Source: a virus. Taken from it: a stretch of 64,000 nt of DNA. This document shows positions 40,500 through 50,653 of this stretch, one piece after another. Each line of letters begins with the position of its first letter. The first letter of the stretch is position 1. The position numbers and the translations under genes are program-made. The stretch is from the UHGV virus genome UHGV-1332848; one strand, given 5' to 3'. Under the pieces are notes generated by a model. It was not told the DNA's origin and made no database searches. It saw only the letters and a program-made list of their open reading frames with translations.

Positions 40500-40950
40500 T
40501 GGAATAAATTATATATATTATAATTTTATATGTAAATTAGAAGAATTACAATAGTTTAATAATTTAATTATATTACTTAAATTTAGTTGAAAAGTTTTGT
40601 TATATAAATTTAGTTAAGTTTATAATATTAATTTGTTTAGTTTAGTTTAATCTAATATATTTTAATTATACTTTAATAATTGTTTAATTACTATTTAATA
40701 ATATATTAATGATAATTTAGTATAAGTTTAATAATATTTTAATAATTAAATATAAATAAAGTTAATATTAATATATATTGAAAAAAATATTAAACTATAA
40801 TGTAACATTTATTAAATGGTTATAATATAATTATGAATATAAGAATAAATACTTATTAATATAATATTGTTTTATATTGACATTATATTTAATTTATAGT
40901 ATTTTATTAATTATGAAGTATAGTTATAGCAACTAAAGTGAGGTGTAAAA
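40500..40950. repeat. extremely AT-rich centromere-like region (tubC-like) with phased TTTAATAAT iterons and tubRZ promoter
   Basis: TTTAATAAT at 40672, 40694, 40727 and 40738, with spacings of 22, 33 and 11 bp. AATTTAGTT repeats at 40579 and 40609. Candidate promoter TTGACA (40874-40879), 17 nt, TATTTT. Confidence 0.45.
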
Positions 40951-40951
40951 A

Positions 40952-41284
40952 GTGGAATATGGTTCTATGTTTAATAAGAATGACTACGTTATACTTGAAA
41001 TGTTAATTGCAGAAGAATGCAATTCGCCATACAAATCATTAACAAAACAATTCATAATAAAACAGTCTGGATTTTCACATGTTAAAGTACAACAAGTTTT
41101 AAAATCTTTTTTGCTTGTTGGATTTGTAAAAGAAGGTACAAAAGATGGTAATAACAAAACATATTATTATACCGACAAGGGGAAAGAACACTATATGCAG
41201 GTTTTTGAGTATTCAAATGAAGATATAGAGATTTTAGTAGAAAATAATAAAGAGAATGAAAATAATAATCAGGAGGAAAGTTAA
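40952..41284 (+). CDS. tubR: TubR-like winged-helix DNA-binding partition protein
   Basis: 110-aa wHTH protein immediately upstream of, and co-oriented with, the tubulin-like GTPase. GTG start with RBS GAGGTG. Confidence 0.5.
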   Translation: MEYGSMFNKNDYVILEMLIAEECNSPYKSLTKQFIIKQSGFSHVKVQQVLKSFLLVGFVKEGTKDGNNKTYYYTDKGKEHYMQVFEYSNEDIEILVENNKENENNNQEES

Positions 41285-42388
41285 ATGTTAAAAGATTCTT
41301 GTGTATTTATAGGTGTAGGACAATGTGGAGGAAATATAGTTAGACAATTAGAATTAAAAGGTGGGTATTCATGCTTTTATATTAACTCATCAACTGAAGA
41401 TTTAGAAACTATAGGTACTGATTATGATAAGCAACATCATATTTCAGAAACAAAAGGAATGGCTAAAGATCAAAAATTAGCTAAAGAAATAATAAACGCT
41501 GAAGAGAGAAATTATATAATTGCAGAAAAGATATATAAGAGATATGCCAATGCTACGATATATACATTTGTATTCTCAACATCTGGGGGAACAGGTGGTG
41601 GAATGTCAAGTTCTATAATGAAAGCTATGAAAGAATGGTATCCAGATAAAATAGTAAATGCCATTGCTGTTAAACCACATTCAAGCGAAGATATGATTAT
41701 GCAATATAATTCATTGGAATGTCTAAAGGAATTAAAAGAGTTAAATAAAGATAACGTAGTAACTAATTTACAAATTGTAGACAATAATAAAAGAGATTTT
41801 AAGGATAAAATGAGAATAAATTCAGAAGTTGCATCTTTATTAGACGGAATAATGGCTTTTAATTCAATAACATCAGAAGGAAATTTAGATGAACAAGAAT
41901 TAGAAGTAATATATTCAACAAAGGGCGTTTCTTTTATATGTGAGTTTGGTGGTACTGATTTTGTAAATGAATTAGATAAAGCAGAGCAAAAAATGGTATA
42001 TGCACAATATTTAAAAAATGGTACTGTGCATGGTCTTATTTTAAATAAAGATTGTAATACAGAAATAAATAGAGCTATAATAAAGGATGCATTTGGATAT
42101 CCTTTAAAAACAATGGATACTGTATGGGATGATGAAAGTAATATTGTTTTTGTAGCTGGAACTGAATTTAATGATGGAATCTTAGAAGAATTAAAAAAAT
42201 CATATATGGAGATTAAAAAGAAAAGAGAAGAAGTTAACGATAAAGCTAAAGAAAAGAGTGAATCTGATATAAGTATAGATTTTAGTGAATTAGAAACAGC
42301 TTCTACAGTGATAAATACAAAAGTTCAAAGACCAGATAGAAGACGTAGAGTAGGCGTAAATGGTGAAATGAGCAGATATAGAAAATAA
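41285..42388 (+). CDS. tubZ: TubZ tubulin/FtsZ-like GTPase (plasmid/phage partition)
   Basis: T1 loop GVGQCGGNI (compare tubulin GQCGNQ) and G-box STSGGTGGGMSS (tubulin signature GGGTGSG). T7-like VDNNKRD. Basic C-terminal tail. RBS AGGAGG. Confidence 0.8.
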   Translation: MLKDSCVFIGVGQCGGNIVRQLELKGGYSCFYINSSTEDLETIGTDYDKQHHISETKGMAKDQKLAKEIINAEERNYIIAEKIYKRYANATIYTFVFSTSGGTGGGMSSSIMKAMKEWYPDKIVNAIAVKPHSSEDMIMQYNSLECLKELKELNKDNVVTNLQIVDNNKRDFKDKMRINSEVASLLDGIMAFNSITSEGNLDEQELEVIYSTKGVSFICEFGGTDFVNELDKAEQKMVYAQYLKNGTVHGLILNKDCNTEINRAIIKDAFGYPLKTMDTVWDDESNIVFVAGTEFNDGILEELKKSYMEIKKKREEVNDKAKEKSESDISIDFSELETASTVINTKVQRPDRRRRVGVNGEMSRYRK

Positions 42389-42418
42389 TTTCAAAGGCTA
42401 GGGTATAACAACCTTAGC

Positions 42419-42955
42419 CTATTTTAAATATCCTAAATATCTCAACACATTGTCAGCATCACATATCTTACACATATCTACAAATCCGTTGATATCAACT
42501 AATTTAATATCAACTTTACTTTTCTCTGCCGTATCAATAGCATCATTTGTATAGCCACTTGTAGTTAAAAACAAACACTTATTAACTCCATCTGAGACCG
42601 CACTCCCAATCAATTTTAAAACCAATGGAGCAGTCACCAGATTTGAACTAGCATACCTTTTAATTTCCACATACATTTTGCCATCCTTAGTACTTAATAT
42701 TAAATCCTTGCCACCATCCCTTGTTTTTGGTGTTTGTTCCGCTTTAAACCCCATTTCTTTAAATATATACTCAACAAAATCCTCAAATTCTGATCCATTC
42801 ATTTTATTTACTGAAGAAATAACTTTATCTATATAGACATTGATTGGATATTCTCTTTGCTCTTTTTTCTTGGTTTTTACTTTGTTTATTCCAAGCCCTA
42901 CATAATAAAGGATTATAGACAATATACATATAGTAAAAAACTGTTTGTTATCCAT
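42419..42955 (-). CDS. membrane-anchored Mrr-cat (restriction endonuclease-like) domain protein
   Basis: N-terminal TM FFTICILSIILYYVGLGI, then FEDFVEYIFKEMGF...DGGKDLI...YVEIKRY, which matches the Mrr catalytic (PD-(D/E)xK) domain pattern. Confidence 0.55.
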   Translation of the reverse strand: MDNKQFFTICILSIILYYVGLGINKVKTKKKEQREYPINVYIDKVISSVNKMNGSEFEDFVEYIFKEMGFKAEQTPKTRDGGKDLILSTKDGKMYVEIKRYASSNLVTAPLVLKLIGSAVSDGVNKCLFLTTSGYTNDAIDTAEKSKVDIKLVDINGFVDMCKICDADNVLRYLGYLK

Positions 42956-43100
42956 AAAATAATCCTCCTGAAATTTTAAAAATATATTTTAACATATATG
43001 TTCACATATATACTGTTAATACATAGTATGTACTATAAATCAAAATAATATTCAAAAGGGAGCAATGAAAAAAAATGAAAAATAATTTAGAGATATTAAA

Positions 43101-43487
43101 ATGTTTATGGTTATTACTAATAAATGGTTTAAAAGATGTCAATACAGAATACAGACATCTAGGATAGGAGAGTGTGTTATGTTAGCAAGAGAAAGAACAT
43201 TGTCAAAAAAAGAAGTTAGTAATATTTTATCAGAAATAAATCAAAAAAAGATTATAAAAACTACCTCAATTGGAATTGTGGGACTAGGAGCTTTTAAGAT
43301 TGTATATAAATATTCAAATGCAGTAGATAATTTTATATTTAGTAATTTTAAAGGGTTTTTATTAAATAGCAATTTCTCATTACTTGGAATAGCAATACCT
43401 AATTGGTTTTCAATAGCGTTATTATTAATGGTTGTAGCTTGTTCATCTGTAGACATATACACAAAGATTATAAAGAAAAGTAGGTGA
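43101..43487 (+). CDS. small membrane protein
   Basis: Two predicted TM segments. Immediately upstream of the FtsK-like gene. Confidence 0.35.
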   Translation: MFMVITNKWFKRCQYRIQTSRIGECVMLARERTLSKKEVSNILSEINQKKIIKTTSIGIVGLGAFKIVYKYSNAVDNFIFSNFKGFLLNSNFSLLGIAIPNWFSIALLLMVVACSSVDIYTKIIKKSR

Positions 43488-43491
43488 GAGT

Positions 43492-45147
43492 ATGATTTTA
43501 GAAAGTTTATTATGTGGAACAACTGGTTATGCATTATATAGAATATTTGCATATGATAAACATGAGGAAAGAAGGCTTAAAAGTAAAGTGAAAAGAAACT
43601 GGAAAGTTTTAATGGATAGTATGGGAAACTCTGCTGAGAACAAGATACATCAAGAATATGAAATTTTAAATATATTCCCAAAGCATTACGGATTTGACAT
43701 GGTTGTATCTATTCCACCAGCAAAGAAATTCTCTGATGTAGTAGATTTATTGCCTCTAATAGAGCATTTTTACCGTGCTAATGTAATGCTGAATATGTCC
43801 GAAAATAAGAATGCTGCTTATGTAAGAGTACATTTTTCAAATTTTGAAATTTCCCCTAAAGACAAACTTAGATTTGATTGGTTTAAAACATTTTATAACA
43901 TGTCAGGCTGTATAACTAAGTCGGGTGAAACTTTGAATATAGATAAAATAAGTGAGATAAAATCACACGACAATGAATTAGTTGGCTATAAAATAATCTC
44001 TAAAATCCCACTAGGATTAAACTACGATAAAATAAAAGATTCTTATGATACTATAACTAAAACAATGGGAAAGTGTTTCTTTAATTTCAACTACAAGGAA
44101 ATGGTACTAGAAACATCTATAATTCATAAAAGGATTGAAGATAATGTTAAGTTTACGCCATATAAAGTTAAACCTTGGGAATTATATATATCTATGGGGT
44201 ATGACTGGAATCCTATTATACTAGATTATAGTATGGTTGCAAACTCATTAATAGGAGGTACTCAAGGTAGCGGTAAAACAAATGCTATATTTTCTGCTTT
44301 TATAAATCTTTGCAATCAATGCAATGGTGATTACTATGAAGATGGATTTGACTTAATGGTATCTAATCTAGGCGAAAAGAATGATCTTAGAGTTTTTAGA
44401 GATACAAAGCAATGTAAATACTATGCTAATAGTCAAGCTGAAGTATTATCTATGCTTAAGTATCTAAAAAAGGAAATGAATAGAAGGAATAAATTATTTG
44501 CTGAACAAGAATCATTTTGTTTCAATATTCACCAATACAATAAATTGATAAAGGACAAATCGAAGCAATTGAAAGTAATACACTTATTAGGTGATGAAAT
44601 AGCAGACTTAATGAGTGAAGATAAAGATGATGGTAAAAAAGAAATTCAGGATATGTTGTGGGATATTATCAGGAAGTCAAGAAGTAGCGGTATATATATT
44701 ACTGTTGCCACTCAACGTGGTAGTTTAGCAAATTTAAGTAGTGAAATTAAAGGACAACTAGCTAATAAGATATGCTTTAGTCAACCTAACACAGCATCCG
44801 CACTTACAATTATGTCTGGTGATGATGTAGCAAAACGTGTTATGTCTTTAGAAAAAAGCAGAGAATGTTTAGTTGATTATGCAGAAGGAATTAAAGTAGC
44901 TAAGACGCTATACCTAGATGAAAGAATGATGGAAAAGTTATTAAAGAATTCTATAACAAAAGAAAATAATAAATTAAATCTTAACCTAGATGGTGATATA
45001 GTCGTTTCAGAACTCCCAAAAACGATAGAAAACTCTGAAAATAATGATAAAAATACTAAAGAACATAAAGAAACTTCGAAAAAATCTAAAAAAAATAGAT
45101 TTACTAATCTTATTGAGAATAAAAGCAAAAAGGGTGAAGAAGAATAA
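43492..45147 (+). CDS. FtsK/SpoIIIE/TraB-family DNA translocase ATPase
   Basis: Walker A GGTQGSGKTNAI, Walker B VIHLLGDEIADL, and TVATQRGS (FtsK ATQRPS motif). N-terminal hydrophobic segment. Lys-rich C-terminus. Confidence 0.75.
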   Translation: MILESLLCGTTGYALYRIFAYDKHEERRLKSKVKRNWKVLMDSMGNSAENKIHQEYEILNIFPKHYGFDMVVSIPPAKKFSDVVDLLPLIEHFYRANVMLNMSENKNAAYVRVHFSNFEISPKDKLRFDWFKTFYNMSGCITKSGETLNIDKISEIKSHDNELVGYKIISKIPLGLNYDKIKDSYDTITKTMGKCFFNFNYKEMVLETSIIHKRIEDNVKFTPYKVKPWELYISMGYDWNPIILDYSMVANSLIGGTQGSGKTNAIFSAFINLCNQCNGDYYEDGFDLMVSNLGEKNDLRVFRDTKQCKYYANSQAEVLSMLKYLKKEMNRRNKLFAEQESFCFNIHQYNKLIKDKSKQLKVIHLLGDEIADLMSEDKDDGKKEIQDMLWDIIRKSRSSGIYITVATQRGSLANLSSEIKGQLANKICFSQPNTASALTIMSGDDVAKRVMSLEKSRECLVDYAEGIKVAKTLYLDERMMEKLLKNSITKENNKLNLNLDGDIVVSELPKTIENSENNDKNTKEHKETSKKSKKNRFTNLIENKSKKGEEE

Positions 45148-45746
45148 TGAGCATTAGATTTACAAAGAAAGTTAGGGACATTTTGGAGCATATAAACACC
45201 TACGGATTTATTACTAACAAACAATGTGCTTTGATTTACTTTAAGGGAGCTAAACAACCATATATACAAGCACAGACAAAAATGAAGTTATTGTATGATA
45301 ATAATATAGTAAAACGGACTGAATACAAGTTAAATAGAGAGTATGTATATAGCATAAATAAAGAAGAAATAAGCGACCACAGAATGTATTTAATGAATTT
45401 ATATGCATATCTATATAGTAAATTTGAAATCATCTATTTTAAAGTTGAAGAATCTTGGCAATGCAAAAAGAGAAATGATGCACATATAATCATTAAAAAG
45501 AATAATGGTGATATGGTTGGCATTCTATGTGAGATAGATTTATACCACAAAACAGGACAAGATAAGTTGGATAAGATGTATGAGAGTGGGGAAGTACACC
45601 AATGGTATAAGATTAATTATGATGCCGACGGTTATTATCCATCTGTATTAATAGTTAATAGTTCTGGTAAGACGACAATTAAATCTAACCAATATGAAGT
45701 AGTTGCTGTTGATTTTGATTTTAATGGGCTAGATAGTATCTTATAG
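45147..45746 (+). CDS. replication-relaxation family protein
   Basis: N-terminus KVRDILEHINTYGFITNKQCALIYF matches the Replic_Relax wHTH pattern (RDLEIL....LT..Q...LFF). Start overlaps the FtsK-like stop (ATGA coupling). Confidence 0.5.
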   Translation: MSIRFTKKVRDILEHINTYGFITNKQCALIYFKGAKQPYIQAQTKMKLLYDNNIVKRTEYKLNREYVYSINKEEISDHRMYLMNLYAYLYSKFEIIYFKVEESWQCKKRNDAHIIIKKNNGDMVGILCEIDLYHKTGQDKLDKMYESGEVHQWYKINYDADGYYPSVLIVNSSGKTTIKSNQYEVVAVDFDFNGLDSIL

Positions 45747-45812
45747 TGGGGAATGTGAAAATATCCCCCGCCCTATACATATAACTAAAGTATATAAAGG
45801 AGGATATTTAAG

Positions 45813-46370
45813 ATGAAGAATTTAAAAAGTTACATGAAAATTATGATAGTACCAATAATTGTAGGACTAGTGCTTTTGATTTGGTTTAGGAATACAGGCT
45901 CTGTATTTGAAAAGCTACTTATTGGATTTATAGCAATTACAGCTCTTATTCCTTTTGTTTTACAGCTATTAGCTATGTTATTAAATGGTGAAGTTAAAGA
46001 TAATAAATTTAACACCTATAAGCAAAAGGAGAGTAAGAAAAGTGAATATATTATAGAGCCAATAAAAAATAAAAATAATACTAAAAATAGCAGTATAAAA
46101 GCACCTTATAAAGTTAAGACTAATAATAATCCAACATACATTGATGTGAGAGATAGATTTAAGGACTTAGTTAAAAATGGTGATTTAGGGAGACAACAAA
46201 TTTTACAATTCAAATCAGAATTAGATCATACTTTAGGTACTCACAAATACACTTATGATACTTTCAGTTTTGAGAATGATATGCATGAGATATATATTAA
46301 ACTGAAGAGTTCTAAACTTACCACAGAAGATTATGTTTACTTAAAAGGTGTTGTAGAAGATTTAATTTAA
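45813..46370 (+). CDS. membrane protein (two TM)
   Basis: N-terminal TM hairpin. RBS AAAGGAGG. Confidence 0.4.
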   Translation: MKNLKSYMKIMIVPIIVGLVLLIWFRNTGSVFEKLLIGFIAITALIPFVLQLLAMLLNGEVKDNKFNTYKQKESKKSEYIIEPIKNKNNTKNSSIKAPYKVKTNNNPTYIDVRDRFKDLVKNGDLGRQQILQFKSELDHTLGTHKYTYDTFSFENDMHEIYIKLKSSKLTTEDYVYLKGVVEDLI

Positions 46371-46911
46371 TATTTTACTTGGCTAGTTTTTATATGTTTT
46401 GTTATATATTTAGTTGTATATATAGAACATATAAAAATTGGCTTTAAAATTAGTGATATCAAGGCTTCATTTTTTCAATAAGAAATGAAAGCAATGGGAG
46501 AGGAATGAGAGTATTAAACACGCCAAAAAGCAAAACAAATCACAGCACACAAATAGTTATGTCTATTCACTTTTAGTATACACACAATCATATAAACTTA
46601 TACATTTAAAAATTTATAGAATATTACAAAACTAATGAATTTAATTATGAAGATAAAACAATAGGACTAGCCTATATACACAGTAGATTGATAAATTAAT
46701 AGTTGATTTTTTGCTTTTGCATTAGCCTATTTTTATCTTTCTACTTTCCTTTTACATAAATTATACTCTTAAAATTATAAAAGACAGGGGTGTACGAATA
46801 GCTAATTGGTGATTAAAACTATTTTTTTGAATTTGACATAGCACCCCTGCCAACATTTTAATTATAGACCATAGTTGGAAATAATATACAAATAAAATAA
46901 ATAATATTTAA

Positions 46912-46952
46912 GTGTTGCGATAGCGAGGTGTCGTGGCACTTATTTTTTTGTC
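46912..46952 (+). terminator. candidate rho-independent terminator
   Basis: GTGTTGCGATA-loop-TGTCGTGGCAC stem with G-U pairs, then TTATTTTTTTG. Confidence 0.35.
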
Positions 46953-47766
46953 TTAAATTATAGTTAGATAAGTATGATATAACCGAGATTGAGCTGATAT
47001 TATTTGGCGATTTAAGATATCATTTTAAAGTAGTAATATTAAAAAAGTAGGAGCATCTCGTTAAGACGTAGTAATTTAGATAGTTTAATCAACTATAATT
47101 GATACCAAGTTTAGATTTTTTAATCGGAAATTATATGTAGACGTTGAGAATAGAGGGCTGAACGATAACGAATACGATAATGTTTCGAGTCGTATTTTTA
47201 AAATATTACATGACTCAATGTGTTATGGCAAACACACGTTCCCTTAATCTCCCCGAAAATGTTTAATATCCCCCTACCTATATAGTACTATTTACTATAT
47301 AATACAATATAAATAACACGTATTAAAGTACGATAATTACATAATTATAATACTTTAAGGCATGAAAACAATGTAAATGATAATAATTGTTGATAGGATA
47401 GCTCCTGGAATTATACAGTTATTGATACTGGATAATATAGTTATTGATACATGAGTTGATGCAGATTGGATGAAGAGTAGTCAAATATATTTTAGTAGTC
47501 AAATGTCGTTATTAAGTTTGGTTTGGACGGGAAACACTTATACAGTTTAATTAAATACAATTATCTAGAACTAAACAATAAATAATTCAATTACCTTCAA
47601 TATTAAATATTGCTATTAATAATTATTTAAAAACTATATACAATATCTACCACATATGATATAATTAATATATATAAATATAAAAGGAGTTGATACAATG
47701 AATAAATTAAATTAGGTTTAAACAAACGATACAATAATTAATTAAATAATACAAAGGAGTGATTAC

Positions 47767-48972
47767 TTGAACAAAGTAACTATAATTGATTCTATAATGG
47801 GAAGTGGTAAAACTTCTTGGAGTGTAGGAAAAATGAATAATGATGATAATAATAACTACATATATATAACACCATATCTGAATGAAGTACAAAGGATTAA
47901 ACAACAATGCAATAATAAAAGATTCTATGAGCCGATAAATGTAGGCAATGGAAAGCTAGACAGTCTACACAACTTGTTATTGAACAGTAAGAATATAGCA
48001 TCTACACATGCATTATTTAAAATGTCTAGTGATGAGACTAGAGAGTTATTAAAGGCTAATAGTTATATATTAATACTGGACGAGGTAATGGACGTGATAG
48101 AACAAGTGCCATTAAAGAAGGATGATTTAAAGCTATTATTAGATAATGAAATGATATATATAGATAAAGACAATAATAATATGGTAATATGGAACAATGA
48201 TAAGCTAGAACTATCTACAAAGTATGACGATATAAAACAAATGTGCTTAAATAGAAATGTCTATATGGTTAATAATACATTGTTTATGTGGACATTTCCA
48301 GTAGATATATTTAAAGCCTTTAAAGAAGTTTATATTCTTACATATCTTTTTGATGGACAAATACAAAGATATTATTATGATTTGTATAATATTAAGTATG
48401 AGTATAAATCTATACATAAAATAAATAACAATTATATTCTAGGTGAGTACATAGCTAATTATGACATGAAGAGTATTAAGGATAGAATAAATATATTAGA
48501 TGATAATATTAATTTAATAGGTGAGAATAAGTTTGCCTTAAGTTCTAGTTGGTTTAAAAATGATAAAAATAAACTATTAATTAACCAACTTAAAAATAAT
48601 ACATATAACTATTTTACTAACAAAATACATGGACAAAGTAAATATAACATGTGGACTACATTTAAAGCAGAAAGAAGTAAGTTGACTGGTAAAGGATATA
48701 TGAGGGGATTTGTAAGCTTAACTGCTAGAGCAACAAATGAATATGCAGATAAATATAATTTAGCTTATTTAGGTAATATATTTCTAAATCCATTAATTAA
48801 ACAGTTTTTTATAGATAGAAATGTAAAAGTCAATGAAGAAATATACGCACTATCTGAGCTATTACAATGGATATGGAGGAGTAGAATAAGAAAGGACGAT
48901 AAAGAATCTATTAATATTTATATACCATCTAAGAGGATGAGAAATTTATTTTTAGACTGGTTAGGAAATTAA
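47767..48972 (+). CDS. P-loop NTPase of unknown function, TTG start
   Basis: Walker A MGSGKTSW near the N-terminus and Walker B ILILDEVMD. RBS AAGGAGTGA. Recurrent motif at 47737. Confidence 0.5.
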   Translation: MNKVTIIDSIMGSGKTSWSVGKMNNDDNNNYIYITPYLNEVQRIKQQCNNKRFYEPINVGNGKLDSLHNLLLNSKNIASTHALFKMSSDETRELLKANSYILILDEVMDVIEQVPLKKDDLKLLLDNEMIYIDKDNNNMVIWNNDKLELSTKYDDIKQMCLNRNVYMVNNTLFMWTFPVDIFKAFKEVYILTYLFDGQIQRYYYDLYNIKYEYKSIHKINNNYILGEYIANYDMKSIKDRINILDDNINLIGENKFALSSSWFKNDKNKLLINQLKNNTYNYFTNKIHGQSKYNMWTTFKAERSKLTGKGYMRGFVSLTARATNEYADKYNLAYLGNIFLNPLIKQFFIDRNVKVNEEIYALSELLQWIWRSRIRKDDKESINIYIPSKRMRNLFLDWLGN

Positions 48973-49331
48973 ACTTCCTAAATCAAATCTGAAAGCTAGT
49001 GATACCAACGGTTTCGAGAGTCTGCCCTTAATATAAAAGAAGAAATAATTAATTAAAAAGATGGATACAAAATAACCATTTATATTATTATATAATAGCG
49101 TTTAATAGCCAACTTTTATTACTTTGCTTATGCGAGCGTTCGCAACGCTTAAATAATATTTATTTCCTAACGTCAATAAAATTATTTAAATTATAATTAG
49201 ATTTAAATAGTCTATAGAATGTATAAAATATACAATAATGATTGTAATAATTAATTAAATACTTTACAAGTGTTGAAAATAAGAGTATAATAAATAGTAT
49301 AATAATTAATTAAAAAGGTGGTAATTTTAAA

Positions 49332-49520
49332 ATGAAAAATAATAAAAGAACAATAACAATTATGTTATTAATATCTATGTTACTTGTATTAGGAGCTAGA
49401 CAATACAAAATAAACGCATTAACAAGGGAATTAAGCACAACAGACAATAATATAAAAACATCTAAAGAAGAGTACAATAAGTTAAATAAAACAGTAAAAG
49501 TTAAAAAAAATATTATATGA
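49332..49520 (+). CDS. small signal-anchor membrane protein
   Basis: ITIMLLISMLLVLGA hydrophobic segment. Motif+RBS AATAATTAATTAAAAAGGTGG immediately upstream. Confidence 0.35.
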   Translation: MKNNKRTITIMLLISMLLVLGARQYKINALTRELSTTDNNIKTSKEEYNKLNKTVKVKKNII

Positions 49521-49975
49521 AACAACTGACAATTTCCACATTGAAGAAGGGGAGATAGGGATTGAATTCACCGACGGGTCATGGGCAAGTATAAACCAAG
49601 CTAAGAATCAATATACTTTCCAACCTTATGCGTTGGGCGATTGGAGTTATGATTTTAACAATATAGAAGGCTTTAAGAACTGTATTACAACTTATTTAAA
49701 CATAATAAACGAGGGAACTTATTAAGAGGTAGAATTATTTCTATCTCTTTTTTATTTATTCAAGAATATATAATAATTATTTAAAAAATAGTTAGCAAAC
49801 ACTAGTAAATTAAAGAAAATAAGAGATAAACAAAGTCAATGTTTAATAATTAATTAAAATAGTTGAAAATAACACTTGTAATTATAATACTTTAAGCGTA
49901 TAATATAATTATAGTAAGAAAACGAACACAGTAACAAATATAGCAAGTCAAATAAATTAATTAAATATTTTCCTT

Positions 49976-50025
49976 AATAATTAATTAAAAAAGTATTGAC
50001 AAATTATAGAAAAGTATGGTATAAT
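49976..50025 (+). promoter_or_regulatory. consensus sigma-A promoter preceded by AATAATTAATTAAAA motif
   Basis: Motif 49976-49990, TTGACA 49996-50001, 18-nt spacer, TGgTATAAT with -10 at 50020-50025. A second motif copy lies at 49951-49966. Confidence 0.6.
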
Positions 50026-50341
50026 AAATTATAAGATAAATTAAAGGGTGGTTAAGTACCTACAACAAACTTAGCTAGACATTTACACATCTACAAAGTA
50101 TATCGGCTTTTTGAAAACTACATATAGAGACATCGAAAAGGCTATCTTTAAGCCTAGTATATTTAAAAATTAATTAAATGTTTTTAGATTTAAGCTTATA
50201 AATAGTAAGTCGCATTATTAACTTAATTCCGAATTGCTTAGCATAGTAGGTTATATGTAATTTTAAGTATAAATTAATAATTCGCATCTTATAAGCTTAT
50301 GTATAAAAATATAAAATAATTTATAAAAGGGGTTTTTAAAA

Positions 50342-50641
50342 ATGGAAAATGTATTCATTCAAGCTTTAGAAAATGAAAAGAAAAGAATTGATAATATGCA
50401 AGGTAATTGGGGATTAAGTCAAGTTAGTAGATTAAATCATATACTAGAAGGAAAAGAAGTCTATATCAGCGATAATCTTTGGGATTTACTTATATTCAAT
50501 GTACAAGATTTATATTGCAATGATGGAAAAATATCAATAGTTTGGAGATTGAACCAAAAAAGTAAGAAAGTTATTAAGTTAATACAAGAAAACTACCAAT
50601 TAATAGTAGATAATTACAAATATATAATGTTTGGTGTGTAG
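50342..50641 (+). CDS. hypothetical early protein
   Basis: RBS AAAGGGG. After a roughly 300-nt leader from the 50020 promoter. Confidence 0.4.
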   Translation: MENVFIQALENEKKRIDNMQGNWGLSQVSRLNHILEGKEVYISDNLWDLLIFNVQDLYCNDGKISIVWRLNQKSKKVIKLIQENYQLIVDNYKYIMFGV

Positions 50642-50653
50642 GAGGATTGGAAA

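Noticed and set aside
40480-40950. Whether the extreme AT-rich stretch was simply low-complexity spacer
   Set aside because: It is kept as a feature because the TTTAATAAT units are phased at 11-bp multiples, and it lies exactly between the divergent MerR-like gene and tubR, where a centromere and promoter are expected.
49522-49727. Stop-free frame encoding ..GDWSYDFNNIEGFKNCITTYLNIINEGTY between two early genes
   Set aside because: No ATG, GTG or TTG start with an RBS at its 5' end. The only in-frame TTG leaves about 30 aa. Possibly a gene remnant. Not called.
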